Positions 39,458 through 50,905 of a stretch of DNA of 64,000 nt are shown here, piece by piece. Numbering within the stretch: position 1 is the first letter of the stretch; the number at the start of each line of letters is the position of its first letter. The notes under the pieces were generated by a model that was not told the DNA's origin, ran no database searches, and saw only the letters and a program-made list of their open reading frames with translations. Source of the stretch: Octopus sinensis (lineage: Eukaryota); contig NC_043002.1 of the NCBI RefSeq assembly GCF_006345805.1, positions 104,036,001-104,100,000 of the forward strand, written 5' to 3'. The position numbers were made by a program, and so were the translations under genes.

Positions 39458-39851
39458 CAACAATTGAGGGCAAAATTAATTAATTATTAATCAATTTCAC
39501 CAAGTGTTCAGTATGCAAAGGGACCATTCAAGGCGAATTCAAATTATTACATTATATAAAAGGGCTTAGTAAAATAAATTACATTGCCGCATACTGAACT
39601 CATTAGAAATAGCAGCTAAAAAACTTTTTTTAAAGCTATTTCTAATACTTAAAGAAAATCTCTCTCATATATAGTGTTTGCTTAATTCAACTCACAAAAG
39701 TTTGGGGGTAAGGACATCGAAAAATCAAATGCTAAGGTTATTTGAGAACGTACGTTTCAAGATTAGTCAAAAACAACACTTCTATCATCAGCTCAGAAAT
39801 TCCTTGGTTTGGATTTGGAAACACTGAAAATAAGAACATACCCTTTCGAAG
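39454..39851 (-). repeat. inverted partial copy (~398 bp) of the 546-bp tandem unit
   Basis: Reverse complement of the array segment from CTTCGAAAGGGTAT across the unit junction to CTCAATTGTTGAAAT. It joins the array through a shared AAG at 39849-39851. Confidence 0.95.
39734..39805 (-). ncRNA. type I hammerhead ribozyme motif (in the inverted copy)
   Basis: Reverse complement of the motif at 40240-40311. Confidence 0.75.
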
Positions 39852-40239
39852 TATTAGAAATAGCTTTAAAAAAGTTTTTTAGCTGCTATTTCTAATGAGT
39901 TCAGTATGCGGCAAAGTAATTTATTTTACTAAGCCCTTTTATATAATGTAATAATTTGAATTCGCCTTGAATGGTCCCTTTGCATACTGAACACTTGGTG
40001 AAATTGATTAATAATTAATTAATTTTGCCCTCAATTGTTGAAATTATAATCAATCTCCCTCTGATTAATGCTTCGGATTTTACCGAAATAAGCATAGTGT
40101 TTGATGTTTTTAACCCACGCTGGTGGAAAGGGGAGAACAGAGATTCTTCGCTTGCTTATTTGAATTTGTTGATACTGTTAGTTACGAGCAGATCTTCGAA
40201 AGGGTATGTTCTTATTTTCAGTGTTTCCAAATCCAAACC

Positions 40240-40311
40240 AAGGAATTTCTGAGCTGATGATAGAAGTGTTGTTTTTGACTAATCTTGAAACGTACGTTCT
40301 CAAATAACCTT
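40240..40311 (+). ncRNA. type I hammerhead ribozyme motif, unit 1
   Basis: Core CUGAUGA 40254-60. Stem II AGA/UCU + AGU/ACU with an AA bulge (first pair U-U). GAAA 40287-90. Palindromic stem III ACGUACGU. Cleavage triplet GUU (after 40298). Stem I UGAG/CUCA extended by AAGG/CCUU. Confidence 0.78.
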
Positions 40312-40784
40312 AGCATTTGATTTTTCGATGTCCTTACCCCCAAACTTTTGTGAGTTGAATTAAGCAAACACTATATATGAGAGAGATTTTCTTTAAGTAT
40401 TAGAAATAGCTTTAAAAAAGTTTTTTAGCTGCTATTTCTAATGAGTTCAGTATGCGGCAAAGTAATTTATTTTACTAAGCCCTTTTATATAATGTAATAA
40501 TTTGAATTCGCCTTGAATGGTCCCTTTGCATACTGAACACTTGGTGAAATTGATTAATAATTAATTAATTTTGCCCTCAATTGTTGAAATTATAATCAAT
40601 CTCCCTCTGATTAATGCTTCGGATTTTACCGAAATAAGCATAGTGTTTGATGTTTTTAACCCACGCTGGTGGAAAGGGGAGAACAGAGATTCTTCGCTTG
40701 CTTATTTGAATTTGTTGATACTGTTAGTTACGAGCAGATCTTCGAAAGGGTATGTTCTTATTTTCATGTTTCCAAATCCAAACC

Positions 40785-40855
40785 AAGGAATTTCTGAGCT
40801 GATGATAGAAGTGTTGTTTTTGACTAATCTTGAAACGTACGTTCTCAAATACCTT
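40785..40855 (+). ncRNA. type I hammerhead ribozyme motif, unit 2
   Basis: Same motif; predicted cut after 40843. Confidence 0.78.
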
Positions 40856-41328
40856 AGCATTTGATTTTTCGATGTCCTTACCCCCAAACTTTTGTGAGTT
40901 GAATTAAGCAAACACTATATATGAGAGAGATTTTCTTTAAGTATTAGAAATAGCTTTAAAAAAGATTTTTAGCTGCTATTTCTAATGAGTTCAGTATGCG
41001 GCAAAGTAATTATTTTACTAAGCCCTTTTATATAATGTAATAATTTGAATTCGCCTTGAATGGTCCCTTTGCATACTGAACACTTGGTGAAATTGATTAA
41101 TAATTAATTAATTTTGCCCTCAATTGTTGAAATTATAATCAATCTCCCTCTGATTAATGCTTCGGATTTTACCGAATTAAGCATTGTGTTTGATGTTTTT
41201 AACCCACGCTGGTGGAAAGGGGAGAACAGAGATTCTTCGCTTGCTTATTTGAATTTGTTGATACTGTTAGTTACGAGCAGATCTTCGAAAGGGTATGTTC
41301 TTATTTTCAGTGTTTCCAAATCCAAACC

Positions 41329-41400
41329 AAGGAATTTCTGAGCTGATGATAGAAGTGTTGTTTTTGACTAATCTTGAAACGTACGTTCTCAAATAACCTT
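41329..41400 (+). ncRNA. type I hammerhead ribozyme motif, unit 3
   Basis: Same motif; predicted cut after 41387. Confidence 0.78.
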
Positions 41401-41870
41401 AGCATTTGATTTTTCGATGTCCTTACCCCCAAACTTTTGTGAGTTGAATTAAGCAAACACTATATATGAGAGAGATTTTCTTTAAGTATTAGAAATAGCT
41501 TTAAAAAAGATTTTTAGCTGCTATTTCTAATGAGTTCAGTATGCGGCAAAGTAATTATTTTACTAAGCCCTTTTATATAATGTAATAATTTGAATTCGCC
41601 TTGAATGGTCCCTTTGCATACTGAACACTTGGTGAATTGATTAATAATTAATTAATTTTGCCCTCAATTGTTGAAATTATAATCAATCTCCCTCTGATTA
41701 TGCTTCGGATTTTACCGAAATAAGCATAGTGTTTGATGTTTTTAACCCACGCTGGTGGAAAGGGGAGAACAGAGATTCTTCGCTTGCTTATTGAATTTGT
41801 TGATACTGTTAGTTACGAGCAGATCTTCGAAAGGGTATGTTCTTATTTTCAGTGTTTCCAAATCCAAACC

Positions 41871-41942
41871 AAGGAATTTCTGAGCTGATGATAGAAGTGT
41901 TGTTTTTGACTAATCTTGAAACGTACGTTCTCAAATAAACTT
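41871..41942 (+). ncRNA. type I hammerhead ribozyme motif, unit 4
   Basis: Same motif with one distal stem I change; predicted cut after 41929. Confidence 0.75.
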
Positions 41943-42116
41943 AGCATTTGATTTTTCGATGTCCTTACCCCCAAACTTTTGTGAGTTGAATTAAGCAAAC
42001 ACTATATATGAGAGAGATTTTCTTTAAGTATTAGAAATAGCTTTAAAAAAGTTTTTTAGCTGCTATTTCTAATGAGTTCAGTATGCGGCAAAGTAATTTA
42101 TTTTACTAAGCCCTTT

Positions 42117-42149
<33 letters not shown>

Positions 42150-42150
42150 A

Positions 42151-44268
42151 GGAATTCCAGACGCGAGTTGATGTCCACAGCTTTGTGCGCCGTGTCCGGT
42201 TGGGTGCGCATTACCACGACTCGCCACCCACACCCCACGAAGAGGACGACTGCTTCACTGGCCTGGGCCGCCGACCATCCCCATGGACGCCTGCCCCTGG
42301 CCAGATCCTAGCAGTCGATCTTTTCGCGGGCGCTTGTCAGCGTGCATTGGAGCGGTTCAAATTCTCCAGGCGCCAACGCCGCCTCAACATCTCCCCGGCT
42401 GAGCTCTGGCTCTTCGTTCCCTCCAACGGCGCGCTGACATTATCATCAAACCGGCTGACAAGGGTGGAGCTGTAGTGGTGTGGCGCGCGGACCTCTATAG
42501 GGCCGAGGCTTTCCGCCAACTCAATGACACCTCCTTCTATTCCCCTCTGCCCTCTAACCCCACACGTAGCTACCAACAGACGGTATCTCTACTGTCAAGA
42601 CCTCATCTCGTCCTCCCGTCTCCCCCGCACCGCATCCAACCTAATTGTACGAACCCCACGTAAAACCACCATTTACTTCCTCCCCAAAATCCACAACCCA
42701 ACAACCCCCGGCCCCCCCATCGTCTCTGCTGTAACTGCCCCACGGAGCTCATCTCTAAATACCTCGACCGTGTCCTTGCCCCCCTAGTGGCATCTCTTCC
42801 CTCCCACATCCACGATACAACCATGCTCTCCGGCTTTTTCAACTCTTTCTCCTTCCTCCCGGCTCCTCCAAAATCCTTTTTACTATGGACATCCAAGCCT
42901 CTTATACTGTTATCCCTCACCACGAAGGACTGCAGGCCTTCGACACTTTCTTGACCTCCGCTCTAACCCTGTACCTGACACCTCCACACTCATTCGTCTG
43001 GCCGAACTTGTCCTTACTCTGAACTGCTTCTCGTTCGCGGGCGAGTTCTACCATCAGGTCTCGGAGTGGCCATGGGAACGCGAATGGGCCCCAACTATGC
43101 GAACTGTTCGTTGGTGTTGAGGCCCAAATATTCTCTAATTTCACTGGTCCCACTCCTGAACTATATGGTCGTTATATTGACGACATTATCGTGCCACCTC
43201 ACTCTCCCGCGAACATCTAGATTCCTTCCTCTCTTTCGTTCCAATCTTTCCATCCAGCCCTCCACTTCACTTCCACTATCTCCACACCTCTGTCTCCTTC
43301 CTCGACATTTCGGTTAGCATTCTTCACTCCACTCTTACCACCTCCATTCACTACAAACACAAACAGACTACACTCATACCTCAATTCTCTTCCTCCCACC
43401 CAGAACACACCAAGCTTTCCATCCCCTATTCCCAATTCCCCCTCTACGTAGGCTCTGTAGTGACGACCATGACTTTGAGACTCAGTCTCAACGTATGGCT
43501 CACCACTTCACCTACGTGGATACCCCCTCACCACTACCCACACCGCCATTGCCCCACAGCCCATCGAGGCCGGTCCGTGGACCGTGTATGCTGCTCTCCT
43601 CTCCCCGAACCCGCCCCTGTAGTCCTCCCGCCTCCCCTCCCTTTTCCCTCACTTACCACCCCACGACCCTCACGTCTCCAACGCACCATTCTTCGAGCTT
43701 TCCGTCATCTCCAGTCCGACCCGTCCACTTCACACCTCTTCCCTACACGCCCCTACCCCCGTACCCCTCCCTTTCCAAAGAGCCCCCACAACTTCGAGAC
43801 CTTTTGGTCCATAGCTCCTTCCCTGACCCTACCTCCCAACCCGGCTCGTTCCCCTGCTCCCGCCCACGTTGCCGCACTTGCCCTTACCTCTCCAACACCA
43901 CCCGCCTCACTAGCACCCACCATCGACCCTATCCCATCATCCACTCCTTCACCTGCACCTCCAGCAATATATCTATTGCATCTCTTGCTCTCTCTGCAAT
44001 TCCTTGTACATCGGACAAACGGGATGCCGCTTGGCTGACCGGTTCGCGGAACACCTTCGTGACATCCACCTTGCGAACGAACACCACGGTCTCGCATTTC
44101 CGCTCCACCCGGTCACTCATTTGCAACACCTATCTGTGTTCGGTTTGTCCTTACACAGAGGCCATCCGGATTCCCGTTTCGCGTGCGCCGTGAACAGGAA
44201 TTAATCTTCTCTCTTCGCTCTTTATACGCCATTTAGTCTCAACCCACTCTCCCCCTCTCCTCATCTAA
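42151..44268 (+). pseudogene. Penelope RT-GIY-YIG ORF, frameshifted in this sequence
   Basis: DIIIKPADKGGAVVVWRADLY; IYFLPKIH..PIVS; FTMDI..LYT; AMGTRMGPNYAN; YGRYIDD (YIDD at 43173-43184); CSRPRCRTC; IYCISCSLCNSLYIGQTGCRLADRFAEH. Confidence 0.93.
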
Positions 44269-45152
44269 ACCCCCCTCTCCCCCTCCTCCTCAACTATCCT
44301 TTCCTTCCCCCCCAACCCCTACTTCTTCAGTCCTTCATCCTTTCACCCCTACTCCCCTTCCCTTCTTCCCTCTTTCCTCCCTCTTCCCCTTCCCTCTGCT
44401 CCTCACTCCCCTCTCCCCCCTTCTCTCTCTCCCCCTCTCCCTCTTTCCTCCTTCACCCCCCTCCCCTCACCTTCTCCTTCTCCCCCATCGTCTCCTCCTC
44501 TTCCCCTTCTCCTCCCCCTCTTCTTCCTCTCCCCCCTCTTCTTCCTCTCTCCCTCCCCTTCTCCCTCCTCTTCTCCTCACTAAACCACATGACTTTACAC
44601 ATCACATCACATATGATGTGCCATACTAATACCACACACACCAACTAATACATAATACGTACTAATACATACTAGTACATACTAATACTTAAACCAACCC
44701 TAACATACACACGTCCAGACCCCCCGCATACGCACTTATACTCTTCTCACACCACACACAACACACCTATACATACCAATACGTACTAATACATACTAAT
44801 ACATACTAATACATACACCCACCCCATCATACACGTCCTCCACGTCCACGTCCCCCCAATCTTACGCACTAATACTCTCTCATACACACACACAACACAC
44901 ACACACCCGTATACATACTAATACCTACACCAACCCTAACCTATACACACACTCCAGACCCCTCCCCCACACGCAATTTAGCTGGTCTCACCTCACCCTC
45001 CCTCCTTTTATCACCCTATTATCTCCCTTATTTCGCTCTCGCGTCTCATGTTTGATCTTGACCTCGGCCGAAATCAGATCGCCATGTTGATTCGTTAGCT
45101 ACTGCACGCATTTTTTTTCTCTCCTTCTTTCTGTGTTTTTCTCTCTCTGTGT

Positions 45153-45192
45153 ATCTTTCTGTTGAAGAGCGTGGCTCGAAACGTTATAAGAC
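45153..45192 (+). ncRNA. minimal hammerhead-like motif, A6U variant
   Basis: CUUU CUGUUGA A GAGC-GUG-GCUC GAAA CGU U AUAAG. Confidence 0.5.
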
Positions 45193-45289
45193 TTGTTTTT
45201 AATTATATTTCACTGAGCGCCATACTAATACAATTTTCGTTTGTCTTCCACCTGCCTTCGTCTTTTGTTTATTTTCATAAAGCTTCCCG

Positions 45290-45336
<47 letters not shown>

Positions 45337-45339
45337 AAT

Positions 45340-45590
45340 GTTGTCTGTCAGCTGGGACAGCCTTCATGTGACGCCTGTACAACACATCGTCGTTCAAGAT
45401 TCCGGAAAAACCATTCTTTACATTCTCATACTCTCCACGTGTGGATCCTCAAAGATGAAGGGACCCTATATGATATCAAGTATAGCATATTGGAGCGATC
45501 GGATCCCCATATTAACAGGAGCGAACGCTGCAAGCTTTGTACAACCGAGCGAGCAATGATACTCAACGACTCCCTGAATCACTGGATACT
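45340..45590 (+). mobile_element. C-terminal fragment of a second, older Penelope family
   Basis: HVWILKDEGTLYDIKYSILERSDPHINRSERCKLCTTERAMIL matches the PLE endonuclease tail pattern (IW.LKD....IKW.IL....Y...KRC.LC..EK..I). Confidence 0.7.
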
Positions 45591-45929
45591 TGCATCCATC
45601 TCAAACGCTACCTGGTGCGAGTATGGGATCCCCCGTTTTGCGATTGACGCGGAAGGCAACCCAAGGGATATATGCCTCGTTCCATCCTCTTTTGGCCGAC
45701 AGTATCTGGCCTAAGCTATATAACCCGTCCTCACTGACCCAGACTAGTGGGTGACAAACTGACCAAATGGCCGTAACAGAGTCCTGCCTCCCACAGGTGA
45801 AGAGTTACAATTGTCTTCAGCTTTCAGGTCTGATAGAACGTTGATGGAGCTACGCTCTTTGAAATGCGAAACCATTGCTCACTTTATGACTAGACATAGA
45901 CTTAAATATACTGGTCTGTTGAACTCTGA

Positions 45930-46110
45930 ACAGTTTTACTCTCTCCATTTCTTTGTCATTCTCTCTCCATATTGTCCCCTTAATCCTTTCTGTAGAAGAG
46001 CATTTGCTCGAAACGTTAAATGCTTTTCCATTTTCCCCGAGCGTTAAACTTAAAATACTTAACTTTTGCTCCTATATTTTTCTTGGTCTTTTCTTTTCTG
46101 TAAATTTGAA
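45930..46110 (+). mobile_element. PLE terminal-repeat fragment with a hammerhead-like motif (45986-46020)
   Basis: CUUU CUGUAGA A GAGC-AUUU-GCUC GAAA CGU U AAA, followed by ...GAGCGTTAAAC similar to the 45153 and 50767 contexts. Confidence 0.65.
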
Positions 46111-46210
46111 CTATGCAAACACACACACACACACACACACAAAGACACAAACAGTGTCACGAACATGCACGTGCGATCAGTGACACACACACACGTGTAT
46201 ATATATATAG

Positions 46211-46241
<31 letters not shown>

Positions 46242-48546
46242 CAATCACACATACACCCACACACACTCATATACATACACACATACTTTTGTATTGACGC
46301 AGACCCCATGTCGTCTCACGCTAAAAGGCCAAACGGAAACTGAAAACACAAAGGAACAACAACATATTAAGGAGTCTGTAATTGAATTTTTGTTTTCCCT
46401 CCTCTTATTTGTTCTGTTTTGTTTTCTTTTTTTGCTCTGAATTCTATAGTTTAAATATTCATGAGTCCTCGTCGAATGATGGAGGAGACAAGAAGAGACA
46501 TCAAGTACAACGACGCAAATAATATCAATAGTATAAAGAGTAACAACACTGACAACAAGGAATCCCTTTCTCCAGGTCGATTGAATTATTAGATATAATA
46601 CTGAAATTCTCCCTCAAGCTACAACTCACAGTCTTCACGTGATCATATACAGGGGTATACCAAGTGTTTCTGTAAAAATAGAAACAAATGAAAATAAGAA
46701 TGTGCTGGATGGGTTGCTTTGATCAGGTCTGCCTATTCAACGTTGACCTGAGGGTTAAACATTGTAAATAGAAACAACAAACATAACTGCTGTAATGTCA
46801 ACAAGAACAACGATAATCCGGATTATTTATAAGAAACGGTAACAATAAGTAAAATAAGCATTCATGGTAACATAAATTATAGATCAAACGACATAAAACT
46901 TAAAATGTTGAACGTACGGCAGTCAATAAAGATTGAAGATATAGATAGAAGATATTATTATGGCCACGTTTAAACTGTTCTAAGCTTGGGGCTATATGGT
47001 CCATGTATGGTGATGTTCACCTCTGGTATGCAAGTGTTGGTGTGTGTCGGAGTCTGTCAGCGAATCATGGTGACATTTTGCAAGTGGTGACGGAAGCGAC
47101 AAATCTGCCATCAAAATGAGAGAGCAAACATACTGCAATATGCTTGCATTTAACTGTGTCTTGTCACATCTGTTGGTATAGTTCCCAAGTGAATAGCAAC
47201 ACGATGTGTTTGTGGATTGACCAAAATATCCTATGTAGCGTTCAATTTGAACCAATGATGGCAGTTGCAGACACACAATGTAAATAAGTAAATACAAGAA
47301 ATTATCTATATGGAAATACATGACACGAAAATCTTCAACGAATTGCTTTCATACTTAGAGAAAACTTGCCACGTAAAGATAGGGTGCAGTGATAAAAATA
47401 TATGGAAGTCATTTCGCTGAATATAGATCAATTAATGAATTTATTGATATATATACTTAAGTACATGTGTATGTATGTATACATGTATGTATTTATCTAT
47501 GCATATATATGCATTTATGCATTCATAGATATGTATATATGCACACACTTATACATATACATATATATATATATATGTATATGTGCACACACTTATACAT
47601 ATATCAATACATACAGAGGCACAGACACACACACACAAATATATATACACATGTATTTACGTATATGCACTTACACCCACACGTATATGCATACCTATCT
47701 ATGTGTGTCTGTGTGAGTGTGTGTGTATACCATTGTTCCTCTGGCTGTCTCCCGGCGACCGACGGGCAACCGCTGTTGGTGAGGTTACGTCCCCGTAACC
47801 TAAGGTTTCAACAGAAGAGACATGGTTGCATATATATCCTCCTTTCATCGATCAAGTAAAATCATGCTGTGCCCCAGGATGGTCACTCTCTCACGAATGA
47901 AACATGTAAAAGACGAATAAAGGACGAAAGATGAAAAAAATGTGTCTTCAAGTGACTTGTTGAAGGTTGAATGAGGCTTGAGTTAGTAGCGCTATAGGCG
48001 TAATAATTAGCTACTTTGAACACAATATGTTTATAAATCTAGATCAAGCCTCACTTGGCCAACTGAAAGGAAATATACAGTCAAAAACGTAGTTCTAGAT
48101 GCAGCTTGAAATAAGACGGATTTACCTTTGCGACATCATTTTTATTAAATATTCGCTCAATCAAGAATCGCTCAGTCGAGGCAGCTACACCACGATCAAA
48201 ATTGTCTTTTCAGTTTTGTTCAGCCGGAATTCTTTATTTCATACGTACATGACAAAATAAATAAATGAATAAATAAATAAATAAAAATAAATATGTGCGT
48301 GTATGTGGGTGTACATATGCGTATGTGTGTGTATGTGTGTACATAAATACGTACACACATACATGCATACTAACGTTGGATTTATTATGGTGTTCGTAAA
48401 ATATCTTACCTGTTTGAAATTTTACATGATAATGGTGGATTATTTGGTCTGGTGTAATCTGTGATGAATTTCTACCGACACAGCTGTGGTAAATTTCAAG
48501 TGCCATTTGTTTCATTTTTGAAAACAAACATGTATATTTATGTATA

Positions 48547-48675
<129 letters not shown>

Positions 48676-48680
48676 ATATA

Positions 48681-48886
48681 TTGGGTTGTCCGGAAAGTTC
48701 GTGGCAATTTTTAAAGGAACGTAAAAAGTCAATAGATTGAATTTTTTACCATCAAGACAATTCTGCAGGAGCCTGAATAACTGTGCTCTAAATGGAGATG
48801 TAGTCAAATCCTATTTCATGGACTTCACCATATTATAAATAAAGGTAAGCTAGCATAAATCGACACGAACCTTCCGGACAACCCAA
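48681..48886. mobile_element. mariner-type MITE (206 bp) in (TA)n
   Basis: 23-bp TIRs TTGGGTTGTCCGGAAAGTTCGTG / CACGAACCTTCCGGACAACCCAA (1 mismatch), with TA on both sides. Confidence 0.9.
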
Positions 48887-48989
48887 TATATGTATATATA
48901 TATATATATGCACATATGTGCATATATATATATATATTATATATATATATAATATATATGCATATATATATATGTGTGTGTGTATATAC

Positions 48990-49066
<77 letters not shown>

Positions 49067-49304
49067 TATATATATAGATACATATATACTATATTTTTTG
49101 TTGCATACATACCATACAAGCAGTGTATGCAATCATGGAGGTTTCCTACATTCCCCTTGCATTTTAAATACAAAATTATTTGAATCTACAGATAATTGAA
49201 ACCGTATCAAAGAAAGGAAAACCAAGATTGGGAAAACAATTAAATGGAAAACAATGGATAATAATAATAATAATAATATAATAATAATAATAATATTAAT
49301 AATA

Positions 49305-49380
<76 letters not shown>

Positions 49381-49984
49381 TAATAAATTGAAACTGAATC
49401 GTAGAAAAATTTCTATTAATATTGTTGGCCAATATAAAATTGAAAAAAACAAATCAGAGTAGATCGAAAGAAGCAAAAGTAATAAATATAGAAACGATTT
49501 AGTAATTTATTCAAGTTGATTATTTGAAACCAACATAAAACGTGACCCCGTAAACAACTTTATCCCAAACTAGCAAGAACTACTTTAAAGACTTTTATTA
49601 GCTCTTCTCTTCCAATTTATACTAATAAAATTGACACTCTGATGAATGGAAGTAGAAAGAGTCAACAATATCAAAATGTTGTTCAACCAATTTCGCCTGG
49701 CTTAATAAAAACACACAAAATATACTTTTTTTTTTTTTTTTGGAAAAATTAAGCACAAATGAAACAAACAATACGAAATAAATAAATACTTAACAAAAAC
49801 TTGAAAAATAAAAAAAAATAACAAAGAAAAACAGAAATGAATATCAGAAGAATAAGGCTAAACATTAGTCAGAAACAATACATGCGGAATTTTATGATTA
49901 TTCGAAACACTGTAATTTTCTTTACTCGTGAAATTTCCCCCAACACTGACAGATAGAACGATGATAATAAATGTAACAACTACA

Positions 49985-50345
<361 letters not shown>

Positions 50346-50734
50346 TGTTGATGACCATTGTAATGTTAGCGAAATGGACAATTAAATACTATTGAAGCAA
50401 ATTAATAATATTAGGGTAATGTTGCAATCTATATGAATCAAGAAGCGATGTAATGTTCGAAAGGAGAACAATTCCTGATCACCTGAACGCTAATCTTTAC
50501 TTCTCTTTTTTTTCTGTGTATTGAGTTGACGTTCAAATCCTTGAAATGCGCCGGAATATACTGCGGACGAATATGGACAGCAGGCCTTACGTTCTCATTT
50601 GTGCAATACCCTTGCTAATATGTGTATGTTTGTATAAATATGTATACTTCTGTGCATGCCTATGCACATATACTGTCCGGCAGTCAGTCGCCATGATAGA
50701 TCGGTTGCCACTACACACATTTTTCTTTTTCTTT

Positions 50735-50905
50735 CCTTATTTCTCTCCTTGTTCTTTTCTCTGTCCCTTTCTGTCGAAGAGCGTAGGCTCGAAATGTAAA
50801 AGACGTTTTCTATTCCTGAGCGTTATACTAATACGTATGTTTGTTTTGTGCACCAATTGTCTTCGTCTTTTGTTTTGTTCTTTTTTTCGTAAAATCTCCA
50901 TATAT
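50735..50905 (+). mobile_element. solo PLE terminal-repeat fragment with a hammerhead-like motif (50767-50804)
   Basis: CUUU CUGUCGA A GAGC-GUAG-GCUC GAAA UGU A AAAG AC. Downstream CCTGAGCGTTATACTAATAC...CTTCGTCTTTTGTTT is shared with 45200-45270. Confidence 0.75.

Larger units (their letters stand above)
39852..42124 (+). repeat. tandem array of a 546-bp consensus unit, 4 full copies plus a partial; retrozyme-like or PLE pseudo-LTR concatemer
   Basis: Units start at 39852, 40398, 40942, 41487 and 42029 (546, 544, 545, 542 bp). Length differences are single-base deletions. The whole structure is flanked by (TA)n. Confidence 0.95.
42150..45295 (+). mobile_element. Penelope-like retroelement, 5'-truncated, with 3' UTR and terminal repeat
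   Basis: RT and GIY-YIG coding region 42151-44268, a C/T-rich 3' region, then a pLTR-type end with a hammerhead-like motif at ~45153-45192, ending in (TA)n. Confidence 0.93.

Noticed and set aside
40025-41341. Repeated 75-97 aa ORF (PSIVEIIINLPL...) in the tandem units
   Set aside because: It starts at TTG, shows no recognisable domain, recurs only because the DNA is repeated, and is broken in unit 4.
39852-42124. Tandem array as a CRISPR array
   Set aside because: There are no unique spacers, the unit is 546 bp, and the context is eukaryotic.
46992-47321. 109-aa minus ORF with a few cysteines
   Set aside because: The Cys spacing does not fit EGF or another domain I know, and the acceptor is weak.
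49630-49672. CTGATGA...GAAA...GTC at ~49638
   Set aside because: Stems I, II and III do not pair; a chance match.
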